Assembly (NCBI GenBank): GCA_963666565.1
Contig: OY762911.1
Span: 1,408,001 to 1,472,000 of the forward strand
Length of the DNA stretch: 64,000 bases
DNA from: Thermoanaerobaculia bacterium
Lineage (GTDB): Bacteria > Acidobacteriota > Thermoanaerobaculia > Multivoradales > Multivoraceae
Reading direction: 5' to 3'
Positions 48,164-57,917 of the stretch are shown one piece after another (position 1 is the stretch's first letter; every line of letters begins with the position of its first letter). The notes beneath the pieces are model-generated. The model ran no database searches. It saw only the letters and a list, made by a program, of their open reading frames with translations, and had not been told where the DNA came from. Position numbers and translations under genes: made by a program.

Positions 48164-51100
48164 CTACTTGTTCAGGGTCTCGTCCAGGTTCATCAACTGG
48201 CTCGCCATCATGGTCCAGGCCGCCGACTCGGACATGGGCAGGCCGGCGTCATGGGCCGACTCGCCGACGTTCACCAACTCCTTTGCCGCCGCCCCGTCGG
48301 CGCCGTAGAGGTCGATCAGGCCGTCGTACGTCCGTCGCGCCACCGCCCGCTCGCCGTCGTCGAAGTCACGGGCCAGCAGCCGGGTCGTGAGGTAGTCGAG
48401 CCGACGGTCGAAGTCGTCGCCGGCTTCCCGCATCGCGCGCTGGGCGAGGAAGCGCGACGCCTCGACGAACTGGGTGTCGTTCATCGTGACCAGCGCCTGG
48501 AGCGGCGTGTTCGTCCGTTCGCGGCGGACCATCGAGTGCTCGCGGTTCCCGGCGTCGAAGATCGTCATCGACGGCGGCGGCGCGGCGCGCTTCCAGAAGG
48601 TGTAGAGGCTTCGCCGGTAGAGTTTGTCCCCCGAATCCCGCCGGTAACGGGACGTGTTGCTCGAGTTCATCGCCACCCGTTCCCAGTGGCCTTCCGGCTG
48701 GTAGGGCTTGACGCTCGGGCCGCCGATCGTGCGCACCAGGAGTCCGCTGGCGGCGAGCGCGGTGTCGCGGACCATCTCGGCGTCCATCCGGAAACGCGGG
48801 CCGCGCGAGAGCAGCCGGTTGTCCGGGTCCTGCTCCAGCTTCTCTGGCGTGAGCGTGGCCGCCTGCCGGTAGGTCGACGACGTCACCAGCCGCCGGAAGA
48901 AGCCCTTGACGTCCCAGCCCGATTCCCGGAACTCGGTCGCGAGGTAGTCGAGGAGCTCGGGGTGCGTCGGCACGTCGCCCTGGGCGCCGAAGTCCTCGCT
49001 CGTCGTGACGAGCCCGGCGCCGAAGACTTGCTGCCAGAAGCGGTTGACGGTGACCCGCGCCGTCAGCGGATTCGCCTCGTCCACCAGCCAGTGGGCGAGG
49101 CCCAGCCGGTTGCGGGGGAGGTGTTCCGGCATCGGAGGCAGCGCGGCGGGGGTTGCCGCCGTCACCCGTTCGCGCGGCTGGTCGTACATGCCGCGATGGA
49201 GGACGCGCGCCGCCGCCTCGCTGCCGGGAAGCTCCTGCATGACGTGGGTGATCGAGCCGCGGCGCCGCAGCTCCCGCCACTCGCCGTCGATCTCCAGCCT
49301 GCGGTCCACGAGGCGGCGATACTCCTCGTCGTTCGTGTTCGCGTAGCTCAGCAGGAGGCTTCGGCGTTCGTCGCCGGTCAGCTTCCGGGCCGGCTTTCGG
49401 GTGGCCGCGCGGATCCCGCTCCACTCGGAGACGACGCGGGCTTCCTCGACCGAGAGGACGCGGTCGAAGACGCGCACGTCGGCGACGCCGCCGCCGGCGA
49501 AGTGCTGGGCACTGCCCTCCGTTCGCCGATCGTGGCGGCCGAGGTAGAACGGCCGGTCCGTTCGGATGCGGCCCTCCACCTTGGCGAAGAACTCGCTGCC
49601 CTGCTCGGGAACGCGGTCGCCGTCGCGGTAGATGTGCAGGCCGCCGCGCTCGCCGGAGCCGTCGTGCGTGAAGACGACGTGGGTCCACTCGCCGGGCGTC
49701 AACCGTTGCGTGTTGTTGGGGTTGATCGAGACGCTGGTGGCGCCGCGGCCGGGTCCGGCGCGGTCGCCCCTGAGGCGGAAGTGCAGCTCGCGAGCTCCGA
49801 GCGTGACCTGCCAGCCGCGGTCGGCGTCGTGCGGGTCGCTCTGGCTGGCGACCGTGTAGCTGCCCTCGGCCTCGGGCATGTAGATCCACGTGGCCAGCGA
49901 GAACGGCGTGCCGGTGTCGAGTTCCAGCGGCGGCAGCTCGGCCGAGGCCTCGTCGCCGAAGAGCAGGGCCGGAAGGCCGTTGGGGCCCGGCTCGACGCGG
50001 ACTTCGCCGTGGAGCGAGACGGGCCGCCGTTCGCCTTCGACCAGGACGGCGGGTTCGAAACCGCCGCCGAGATCGAGACGCAGGATCTCGGAGTCGGCGC
50101 CCAGCGGCGCTTCGATCTCGCGGTGGGCGCCGCCCGTCAGCCACTCGGAGAAGGCGGGCTCCACCGAGCCGAGACGCTTCGCCAGCGCGTCTTCGATCTC
50201 GCCGACCTCCTCGCGCAGCCGGTACCAGGTCTCGCGGTCCTCGTCCCGCGGCACGACCAGGGTCGGCGGCGGATCGGAGATGTTGCCGTCCATCACGTAC
50301 TGCGTCGTGTTGCGGAAGAACGCGGTCAGCGCGTAGAACTCGCGTTGGCTTACGGGATCGAACTTGTGGTCGTGGCAGGTCGCGCATCCGACGGTCAGCC
50401 CCATGAACACGCTGCCGATCGTTTCGGCCCGGTCCTTGGCGTAGATCGCCTCGTACTCCTCGATCACCACGCCGCCCTCGTTCGTCGTGATGTTGTTGCG
50501 CTGGAACCCGGTGGCGATCAACTGGTCGAGGGTCGGTTCCGGCAGCAGGTCGCCGGCGATCTGGTCGAGCGTGAACCGGTCGAACGGCTGGTTCCGGTTG
50601 AACGCCTGGATCACCCAGTCCCGGTAGGCGTACATCTCCCGGTAGTTGTCGATGTGGATGCCGTGGGTGTCGCCGTAGCGGGCCGCGTCCAGCCAGTAGC
50701 GGGCGCGGTGCTCGCCCCAGTGCGGCGAGGCGAGGAGACGGTCGACGAGCCGCTCGTAAGCGCCTTCTTCCGTGTCGTCGAGGAAGGTCGCGAGCGTGCC
50801 GGGATCGGGCGGCAGGCCGGTCAGGTCGAGGGCGGCGCGACGGGCCAGGGTGCGGCGGTCGGCCTCCCCGGCGGGCGTGAGCTCCTCCGCCTCGAGCCGC
50901 GCCAGGATGAAGCGGTCGAGCGGGTCGCGGGCCCAGGCGTTGTCGTCGACCGCGGGCGGCGCCGGCCGCTCGATGGCGGCGAAGGACCAGTGCTCGTCCC
51001 AGGCAGCTCCCTGCTCGATCCAGCGCGTGAGCGCTTCGATCTGCTCGCCGGAGAGCGACTTCTGCGACACCTCGGGCGGCATCCGCCGGAGTGGGTCCGA

Positions 51101-51418
51101 GTGGTTGATGCGCTCGACCAGCAGGCTGGCGCCCGTGTCGCCGGGCACGACCGCGGGACCGCGAGGCCGGTTGCTGCGGCCCGCCGGAGGCCGCGGGCTG
51201 AACGCCCCGTTGCGCGTGTCGAGCCGGAGGTCCGCCTCGCGGGTCGCCTCGTCGGGACCGTGGCAGGCGAAGCAGTTGTCGGAGAGGATCGGCCGGACGT
51301 CGCGCTGGAAGTCGACGGCGGAAGCGGGCTCGGCCGCGGCGGCACCCAGCGAGGTCGCCGGGCTGCAGACGGCGATTACCGTCGCTAGCAGGAACGGGCG
51401 GAACACTCTATGGAGCAT
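48164..51418 (-). CDS. Planctomycete cytochrome c / DUF1549 / LamG / DUF1553 protein
   Basis: Signal peptide, CFACH, CATCHDHK, LamG-like WTHVVFT, PTHPELLD and NTPLQAL. Confidence 0.9.
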   Translation of the reverse strand: MLHRVFRPFLLATVIAVCSPATSLGAAAAEPASAVDFQRDVRPILSDNCFACHGPDEATREADLRLDTRNGAFSPRPPAGRSNRPRGPAVVPGDTGASLLVERINHSDPLRRMPPEVSQKSLSGEQIEALTRWIEQGAAWDEHWSFAAIERPAPPAVDDNAWARDPLDRFILARLEAEELTPAGEADRRTLARRAALDLTGLPPDPGTLATFLDDTEEGAYERLVDRLLASPHWGEHRARYWLDAARYGDTHGIHIDNYREMYAYRDWVIQAFNRNQPFDRFTLDQIAGDLLPEPTLDQLIATGFQRNNITTNEGGVVIEEYEAIYAKDRAETIGSVFMGLTVGCATCHDHKFDPVSQREFYALTAFFRNTTQYVMDGNISDPPPTLVVPRDEDRETWYRLREEVGEIEDALAKRLGSVEPAFSEWLTGGAHREIEAPLGADSEILRLDLGGGFEPAVLVEGERRPVSLHGEVRVEPGPNGLPALLFGDEASAELPPLELDTGTPFSLATWIYMPEAEGSYTVASQSDPHDADRGWQVTLGARELHFRLRGDRAGPGRGATSVSINPNNTQRLTPGEWTHVVFTHDGSGERGGLHIYRDGDRVPEQGSEFFAKVEGRIRTDRPFYLGRHDRRTEGSAQHFAGGGVADVRVFDRVLSVEEARVVSEWSGIRAATRKPARKLTGDERRSLLLSYANTNDEEYRRLVDRRLEIDGEWRELRRRGSITHVMQELPGSEAAARVLHRGMYDQPRERVTAATPAALPPMPEHLPRNRLGLAHWLVDEANPLTARVTVNRFWQQVFGAGLVTTSEDFGAQGDVPTHPELLDYLATEFRESGWDVKGFFRRLVTSSTYRQAATLTPEKLEQDPDNRLLSRGPRFRMDAEMVRDTALAASGLLVRTIGGPSVKPYQPEGHWERVAMNSSNTSRYRRDSGDKLYRRSLYTFWKRAAPPPSMTIFDAGNREHSMVRRERTNTPLQALVTMNDTQFVEASRFLAQRAMREAGDDFDRRLDYLTTRLLARDFDDGERAVARRTYDGLIDLYGADGAAAKELVNVGESAHDAGLPMSESAAWTMMASQLMNLDETLNK

Positions 51419-51467
51419 GGATGTGCTAGAGGATAGACCACCTGCGCCTCGCGCCCCCCGAAGGGAC

Positions 51468-52010
51468 ATGAAGATGATCGAAGAGATCCTGACTTTCTGG
51501 TTCGAGCAGAACGGCCCCAAGCAATGGTGGAGCAGCGATCCGCAGTTCGACGCGGCAATCCGCTCGCGGTTCGGAGCGCTGCACGACCGGGCCGTCCAGG
51601 GGGAACTGTACGGCTGGCGTGACGCGCCGCAAGGCCGCCTCGCCGAGATCGTCGTGCTCGACCAGTTCTCGCGCAACCTCTACCGCGACGACCCGCGCGC
51701 CTTCGCGGCCGACGGAATGGCCCTGGCGCTGGCACAGGAGGCGGTCCGGATCGGCGCCGACCGGGCGGTTCTTCCGGCCCGGCGGCAGTTCTTCTACATG
51801 CCCTACGAGCACAGCGAGTCGCCGCGAATCCACGAGACCGCAGTCTCGCTGTTCGAGAGCCTCGACGACCCGGAGCTCCTGGACTTCGAACTCCGGCACA
51901 AGGCGATCATCGATCGCTTCGGGCGCTATCCGCATCGCAACCGCGTCCTCGGCCGCTCTTCGACGCCAGAGGAGATCGCGTTCCTTCGGGAGCCCGGGTC
52001 GTCGTTCTGA
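51468..52010 (+). CDS. DUF924 family protein
   Basis: ILTFWF, LDQFSRN, FFYMPYEHSE and RFGRYPHRN. Confidence 0.92.
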   Translation: MKMIEEILTFWFEQNGPKQWWSSDPQFDAAIRSRFGALHDRAVQGELYGWRDAPQGRLAEIVVLDQFSRNLYRDDPRAFAADGMALALAQEAVRIGADRAVLPARRQFFYMPYEHSESPRIHETAVSLFESLDDPELLDFELRHKAIIDRFGRYPHRNRVLGRSSTPEEIAFLREPGSSF

Positions 52011-52067
52011 CGAGCGGGCTCGGAGGTCTCTGGACCCGCGAGGCGACCGCGTAGTACGTTGGCGGCG

Positions 52068-52574
52068 ATGGCAGCCCGAAGGGCCTTCCTCACAGTGCTC
52101 GGGGTCACGGTACCGGTCTGGGCGTCCGTCTTGGCCTGCTCGACGGCGATCGTCACGACGCCCCCGTCCGCTCCGGCCGAGGCGCCTCCAGTGGCAGCGG
52201 AGGCTGAACCGGCCGCCCCGCCGACCTCCGTTCTCGACGGCATCTTCACCGAAGCACAGGCGGAACGGGGCCGGGCTGCCTACGGCGAGCACTGCGCCGA
52301 GTGCCACGGCGAAGAACTGCGAGGCGGCGAAATGGCCCCGGGCCTGACCGGCGTGGCGTTCCGATTCCGCTGGCGCGGGCTCAAGGTGGCCGACATCTTC
52401 GAGAGCATCGAGTCGACCATGCCGCCGGAAGAGCCGGAGACTCTGGGCGACCGGACGTACATCGACATCGTCGCCTTCCTGCTGAGCGCCAACGGTTACC
52501 CGGCCGGCGGTCGGGAGCTGGCCGCCGACTCCAGGCTGTTGGAGGGAGTTGCCGTCGAGCGGATGCCTCCGTAG
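52068..52574 (+). CDS. Monoheme cytochrome c lipoprotein
   Basis: VLAC lipobox, QAERG, CAECH and TMPP axial Met. Confidence 0.88.
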   Translation: MAARRAFLTVLGVTVPVWASVLACSTAIVTTPPSAPAEAPPVAAEAEPAAPPTSVLDGIFTEAQAERGRAAYGEHCAECHGEELRGGEMAPGLTGVAFRFRWRGLKVADIFESIESTMPPEEPETLGDRTYIDIVAFLLSANGYPAGGRELAADSRLLEGVAVERMPP

Positions 52575-52616
52575 GGCACGCGGCCCTTGTGCGCCAGGGA
52601 AGACCGGCCGGGACCG

Positions 52617-52655
52617 TTGACTTCATCCGAAGTCAAAGACATCATGTGGAGTCAA
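52617..52655 (+). promoter_or_regulatory. TA promoter and operator
   Basis: TTGACTTC-ATCC-GAAGTCAA palindrome containing the -35 TTGACT; extra half-site GGAGTCAA. Confidence 0.75.
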
Positions 52656-52666
52656 GGAGAACGACG

Positions 52667-52894
52667 ATGGTGCAGGTGACCGCAAGACTCCCCGACGATC
52701 TCGTCGAGAAGGCCGATCACGCCGCGAGCCGGTTGAATCGCTCGAGAGCGCAGTTGGTGAGACAGGCGCTTGAGTACTACCTCGACGATTTCGAGGATCT
52801 GCGTCTGGCCCTGGATCGGCTCAACGATCCCGCCGACCCGGTTCTCGATTGGGAAGACGTCAAGCGTGAGCTACTCGATCAGGATCAAGGGTAG
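52667..52894 (+). CDS. Ribbon-helix-helix (CopG/RelB-like) antitoxin
   Basis: VTARLPDD..SRAQLVRQAL, acidic C-terminus; AAGGAG RBS. Confidence 0.85.
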   Translation: MVQVTARLPDDLVEKADHAASRLNRSRAQLVRQALEYYLDDFEDLRLALDRLNDPADPVLDWEDVKRELLDQDQG

Positions 52895-53120
52895 CGCCGC
52901 CAGAACGCTGAGGAGAATCGACGCCCGGGAGCGAACGCGGCTCGTCGCGGCGATCGACCGTCTCGCTCGGGAACCCTCCGCGGGCGCCGCGCTCAAGGGG
53001 GAGTTCGGGGGTCTGCGTCGACTTCGCGTGGGGCGGTACCGCATCATCTACGAGGCGTTTCACGAAGAGCTGACGATTCTGGTCGTCCGCGTCGCGCATC
53101 GCCGGGAGGTGTACCGGTGA
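52866..53120 (+). CDS. relE: RelE/ParE family toxin
   Basis: YSI..SA, LKG, RLRVGRYRIIY and VAHRREVYR. Confidence 0.9.
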   Translation: MSYSIRIKGSAARTLRRIDARERTRLVAAIDRLAREPSAGAALKGEFGGLRRLRVGRYRIIYEAFHEELTILVVRVAHRREVYR

Positions 53121-53129
53121 GAAGGCCAC

Positions 53130-54905
53130 CTATGGCGCGGCGTACTCCAACGCAAAGACGAACAGGTTGTTCGCGAAACCCGGCTTGAGCTCCGGCGTCA
53201 GCCGAAGGAAGCTCGACGTGGTCGCTGAGATGCCGGTGCTGACCGCCACGTACTGCGTTCCGTCGACGGCGTAGGTGATCGGGTAGCCGGTCACGGGCGC
53301 GCCCAGGTTCACCTCCCACAACACCTCGCCCGTCTCCTGGCTGTAGGCCTTGAAGCGGCCGTTCACGTCGCCGCCGAAGAGCAGTCCGCCGCCGGTGGCG
53401 ACCAGCGAGGTCGTGGAGGCGCGCTGCTCGTGCAGCCACACCGTCTTGCCGGTCTCGGCGGAGATCGCATACACGGTGCCCAGGTTCTCGGTGCCCGGCG
53501 CCAGTTCGTGCCGGACGCTCAGGGCGTAGTACGGGTGGGACGCGCTGGGATCGGTCGTCGTCAGCGTTGGCATGCACATGTTGCGCAGCGGGTAGTACAG
53601 CGTGTTCGTCTCCGGGCTGTAGGCCCCGGCCTCCCAGTCCTTGCCGCCGTGCATGTTCGGGCAGATGAGCCGCTCCTCCTCCAGCGCGTTGAAGATGACT
53701 TCCGGGTTCTCGGTCGCCTTGCCGGTCTCGCCGTCGATGCTCTGGATCACGTTCTGGTAGACGGTGGGCCGCGCCCAGAGGAACTCGCCGGTCTCCCGGT
53801 CGATGGAGTAGACGAGGGCCGTCTTGCCGGGGATCCCGGTGATCACCTTGCGCACCTCGCCGGGCTCGACGTTCGGATTGATCCAGGCCACCTCGTCCGG
53901 GTCGGGCGCCACCGCGGTGTCGACGATCACCCGCTCGAAGGGATGGTCGAGATCCCAGTGGTCGTTCATGTGCTGGTAGTGCCAGACGATCTCGCCGGTG
54001 TCGCCGTCGAGCGCGAGCGTCGAGTTGTGGTACAGGTGCGTCTTGTCCGTGCCGCCGAGCATGAACTTGGGCGCCGGCGCCGTGACGGAGGTACCGGCGA
54101 AGACCAGGTTGAGTTCCGGGTCGTAGCTCGGCGGCATCCAGGAGCCGACGTGGGCCCGCTTCTCGAACGGCACGTCGCCCCAGGTCTCGTCTCCCGGTTC
54201 TCCGGGGGCGGGAATCGTGCGGCGCCGCCAGACTTCCTCGCCGGTGAGCGCGTTGTGGGCCGTGATCACGCAGGCCTCGGGCCCGGCGCGCGGCGAGCAG
54301 CTCCGGCCCGAGAACGCCTTGCCGGCGCCGATGATCGGGCCGGCGCCCTGCAACGCGGGGTGGGTGCGGTAGTCGAGGACCATCGTCTCCCAGACCATCT
54401 TCCCGGTCTCGGCGTCGAGCGCGAAGAGGTGGTCGTCGACGCTGGTGTCGATGATCAGGTTCGCGTAGATGGCGATGTTCCGGTTGTTCTGGGACAGGAA
54501 ACCGCCGACGTAGTCCTTCGCGTCCTCCGGGATCTTGCGCCGGTGCTCCCAGATCAGGTCGCCGGTTGCCGCGTCGAGCGCCTGGATCACGTCGTTCGGG
54601 TTCGGCATGTACATGACGCCGCGATAGGCGAGCGGCGTGCCGGTCTGGCTGCCGTCGTTGAGCGACCGCGTCCACACCATCCGCAGGTCGCCGACGTTCT
54701 CCGGCACGATCTGGTCGAGCGGGCTGTAGCCCCAGCCGTTCGCGGTGCGCCGCCACATGAGCCAGTCCTCGGGCGCCGGGTTCTCCAGCGTCTCGTCGGT
54801 GACCGGGACGAAGGCGTCGCCGGCCTGGGCGCTCGCGTCCGAGACGCTCAGGATCTGGGCAAAGACCGCCGTGGCGGCGATCAGATGTCCGTACCGGTTC
54901 TGCAT
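53130..54905 (-). CDS. Secreted PQQ-binding beta-propeller dehydrogenase
   Basis: Signal peptide, YSPLDQI, ALDAATG, DHWDLD and GGKDW. Confidence 0.9.
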   Translation of the reverse strand: MQNRYGHLIAATAVFAQILSVSDASAQAGDAFVPVTDETLENPAPEDWLMWRRTANGWGYSPLDQIVPENVGDLRMVWTRSLNDGSQTGTPLAYRGVMYMPNPNDVIQALDAATGDLIWEHRRKIPEDAKDYVGGFLSQNNRNIAIYANLIIDTSVDDHLFALDAETGKMVWETMVLDYRTHPALQGAGPIIGAGKAFSGRSCSPRAGPEACVITAHNALTGEEVWRRRTIPAPGEPGDETWGDVPFEKRAHVGSWMPPSYDPELNLVFAGTSVTAPAPKFMLGGTDKTHLYHNSTLALDGDTGEIVWHYQHMNDHWDLDHPFERVIVDTAVAPDPDEVAWINPNVEPGEVRKVITGIPGKTALVYSIDRETGEFLWARPTVYQNVIQSIDGETGKATENPEVIFNALEEERLICPNMHGGKDWEAGAYSPETNTLYYPLRNMCMPTLTTTDPSASHPYYALSVRHELAPGTENLGTVYAISAETGKTVWLHEQRASTTSLVATGGGLLFGGDVNGRFKAYSQETGEVLWEVNLGAPVTGYPITYAVDGTQYVAVSTGISATTSSFLRLTPELKPGFANNLFVFALEYAAP

Positions 54906-54949
54906 TGGGAACCCCTTTCAGTCGGGCGGGAGCCGTAGAGTACTGCCCA

Positions 54950-55055
54950 CTGGGTGCGGACGTTCCCGCCGGCAGCCGCCGAAGGCGGCAAAGAGAATTC
55001 GCTCGCCGCTCCGCGGCATCGCGTCCGATGCGGCCGAGGACGCCGGCGCACCCAG
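54950..55055. repeat. Inverted type B REP pair (degenerate)
   Basis: CTGGGTGCGGACGTTCCCGCCGGCAGCCGCC-GAA-GGCGGC and GAGGACGCCGGCGCACCCAG. Confidence 0.75.
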
Positions 55056-55080
55056 TGTGTGGCGGCTAAGCTAGGCGGCA

Positions 55081-57906
55081 ATGTCGCACAACAAGGTCGC
55101 CTTCGCTTCGGCTGTCGCAGCGGCAGCCGCCCTGTTCGTCCTGTGTCAGCCGACCCCGGCGCAGGAAGCCGGCGCGCTTGCCGGCGACGACGTCGTCTCC
55201 CTCCTCGTCCGCCTCGGCGTGAACGACGCCGCGGCCCGCGACTGGGACGGCTCGCTCGAAGTGGCGGGCGGCGAACTACTGGGCCTCCGCGACTGGCGGC
55301 CAAGGCCCGCCAGCGAGGTCGAGGGCAACGCCTGGAAACTCGCCAGCTACAGCGGGCCGAACTTCAGGCCCAGCGCCATCCACGATACGCAGACCGTCGG
55401 TCCGGTCGAGTACGTCCGCTCGCCCGGACTGGTCGTCGACGTGCGGGGCAACGGCGGCTCGCGCCTGATGTTCGCCACCGCCAACGGCGAGTTCGAGGTC
55501 CGGCTCGCCGATGTCGCGGTCGGCCGGCGACTGCGGTTCCTGGGCGGCGACGTGACGGTCGAGCGCGTGCCCGGAGTCGAGCGGCTGACCTCCGACGACT
55601 ACCAGAACGACTTCGCCACGATCCTCGGCAGCGACGGCGACGAGGTCTGGGCCGCCTGGCTCGGCTACCGCGACAACGCGAACGAAGTGCTGGCGCGGCG
55701 GTTCGACGGTCAGGGCTGGGGAGAGGTCCAGACCCTGACGGAGCAACCCGGCGATCACTATCTGGTGAAGATGGGCCGGGACGGGGACGGCCGCCCCTGG
55801 GTCGTCTGGTCGGCCCAGGTCGACGGCAACTGGGATCTCTACGCCCGCGTCCTCGACGGTGACTCCTGGTCGCCGGCGGAACGGCTGACCGAGGCGCCGC
55901 AGCCCGACATGTTCCACAACCTGGCGACCGACGCCGAGGGCAACCTCTGGCTGGTCTGGCAGGGCTTCCGCGACGGCGCCGCCGACATCTTCGCCCGCCG
56001 CTACGACGGCGAACGCTGGTCCGACGCGGACCGGGTCTCGTCGTCGCCGGCGAACGACTGGGAGCCGGTGATCGTCGCGGACTCGAAGGGCGGCGTGTAC
56101 GTCGGCTGGGACAGCTACGACGCCGGCAACTACGACGTGCTGGTTCGCCGCTGGGCCGGCGGTGAGTGGGGCGAGGAGATGCCGGTCGCCTCGACGGCCA
56201 AGTACGAGGCGCACATCAGCCTCGCCGTCGACGGGCAGGACCGGGTCTGGGCGGCGTGGAACGAGAGCGGTGTCAACTGGGGCAAGGACACCGGCTGGGT
56301 GCTCAACCGCGAGGGCACACGGCTCTACGAGTGGCGCACGATGAACGTCGCGGTCCACGACGGCTGGGAGTGGCGGTCGCCGGCCGCGGACGTCAACGAG
56401 GCGCTGCCCGAGGAACTCCAGGGCTACAACGACTTCCCGGTGCTCTTCCCGGACGCCGACGGACGCATCTGGCTCCATTTCCGGCACCGGACGACCCGCC
56501 AGGCCGACATCCTGAGCGAGTCCCCGGCCCACCGGGCGGCCTGGGAGGTCTGGAGCACGACCCTCCAGGGAGACCGCTGGCTTCGGCCGCAGCACATCCC
56601 GATGACGCGCTTTCGGCAGGACGCCCGCTGGGGCCTGGCTGCCGACGGCAACGGCGACGTCTGGGCGAGCTGGCCGACCGACAACCGGGACTACTCGGGG
56701 TTCCTGTTCGAGCACGCCGACGTCTACGCCGCCAAGCTGCCGCGCCTCATGACGAAGGTCGTGCCGCCGAAGCTGGCGGCGCTGGTCGTCGACGAAGTGC
56801 CGGCCTACGTGATCCACGAGAACGAGGCGGAGGATCTGGAGCGAATCCGCAGCTACGAGATCGAGTCCGAGGGGAAGACGTACCGGATCTACCGCGGCGA
56901 CACCCACCGCCACACCGAGATCTCGATGGACGGCAACAACGACGGCTCGCTGATCCAGACCTACCGTTACGCGATGGATGTCGCCTCGCTCGACTTCCTG
57001 CTGGCCAGCGAGCACAACTTCCTGGGCGGCCCGGACATCGAGTACATCAACTGGCTTCTGCACCAGACGGTCGACGTCTTCTCGGTCTCCGGCCGCTTCC
57101 AGCCCTTCTACGGCTACGAGCGGAGCATCTCCTTCCCCGACGGGCACCGGAACATCCTGTTCGCGGAGCGCGGCAAGCCGACCCTGCCGGTCACCGAGGC
57201 GGAGCGGACCCACGAGGAGGGCGCTGCGAGACTCTACGAGTACCTGAAGGAGCACGACGGGATCGCCATCTCCCACACGTCGGCCTCGAGCATGGGTACG
57301 GACTGGCGCGACAACGACCCCGAGGTCGAGCCCCTGGTCGAGATCTACCAGGGCGACCGGGTCTCGAACGAGTACGAGGGCGCCCCGCGCGCCGCCCGCA
57401 CCGGCAACCTGCGCTCGGCGCCAGGGGGCTTTCGGCCGGAGGGCTACGTCTGGAACGCCTGGGCCAAGGGCTACAAGCTGGGCGTCCAGGCCGCTTCGGA
57501 CCATCTCTCGACCCACATCTCCTACGCCGCCACGATCGCCGAGGAGTTCACGCGCGAGGGGATGCTGGACGCGATGAAGAAGCGCCACAGCTACGGCGCG
57601 ACGGACAACATCATCCTCGACTACCGGCTGCGGACGGGCGGCAGGGAGTACCTCCAGGGCGACATTCTCACCGCCGACGGCGACTTCCGGCTGAGCGTCC
57701 GCGTCATCGGCACGACGCCCATCCGCCAGATCGACATCATCCGCGACCAGACCTTTCTGTACAATCGCCAGAACCTCGAAGCCGACGTCAGCCTCGAGTT
57801 CGCCGACGCCGACGTCGAACCCGGGGAGCACCTCTACTACGTGCGGGTGATCCAGGTCGACGGCAACATGGCTTGGTCCTCGCCGATCTGGGTGACCGTG
57901 GAGTAG
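55081..57906 (+). CDS. Secreted beta-propeller + PHP/DUF3604-like protein, paralog of 20418-23267
   Basis: Long identical blocks (YRIYRGDTHRHTE, MGTDWRDNDPEVEPLVEIYQGDR, WNAWAKGYKLGVQAASDH). Confidence 0.8.
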   Translation: MSHNKVAFASAVAAAAALFVLCQPTPAQEAGALAGDDVVSLLVRLGVNDAAARDWDGSLEVAGGELLGLRDWRPRPASEVEGNAWKLASYSGPNFRPSAIHDTQTVGPVEYVRSPGLVVDVRGNGGSRLMFATANGEFEVRLADVAVGRRLRFLGGDVTVERVPGVERLTSDDYQNDFATILGSDGDEVWAAWLGYRDNANEVLARRFDGQGWGEVQTLTEQPGDHYLVKMGRDGDGRPWVVWSAQVDGNWDLYARVLDGDSWSPAERLTEAPQPDMFHNLATDAEGNLWLVWQGFRDGAADIFARRYDGERWSDADRVSSSPANDWEPVIVADSKGGVYVGWDSYDAGNYDVLVRRWAGGEWGEEMPVASTAKYEAHISLAVDGQDRVWAAWNESGVNWGKDTGWVLNREGTRLYEWRTMNVAVHDGWEWRSPAADVNEALPEELQGYNDFPVLFPDADGRIWLHFRHRTTRQADILSESPAHRAAWEVWSTTLQGDRWLRPQHIPMTRFRQDARWGLAADGNGDVWASWPTDNRDYSGFLFEHADVYAAKLPRLMTKVVPPKLAALVVDEVPAYVIHENEAEDLERIRSYEIESEGKTYRIYRGDTHRHTEISMDGNNDGSLIQTYRYAMDVASLDFLLASEHNFLGGPDIEYINWLLHQTVDVFSVSGRFQPFYGYERSISFPDGHRNILFAERGKPTLPVTEAERTHEEGAARLYEYLKEHDGIAISHTSASSMGTDWRDNDPEVEPLVEIYQGDRVSNEYEGAPRAARTGNLRSAPGGFRPEGYVWNAWAKGYKLGVQAASDHLSTHISYAATIAEEFTREGMLDAMKKRHSYGATDNIILDYRLRTGGREYLQGDILTADGDFRLSVRVIGTTPIRQIDIIRDQTFLYNRQNLEADVSLEFADADVEPGEHLYYVRVIQVDGNMAWSSPIWVTVE

Positions 57907-57917
57907 CAGGCAACGCG

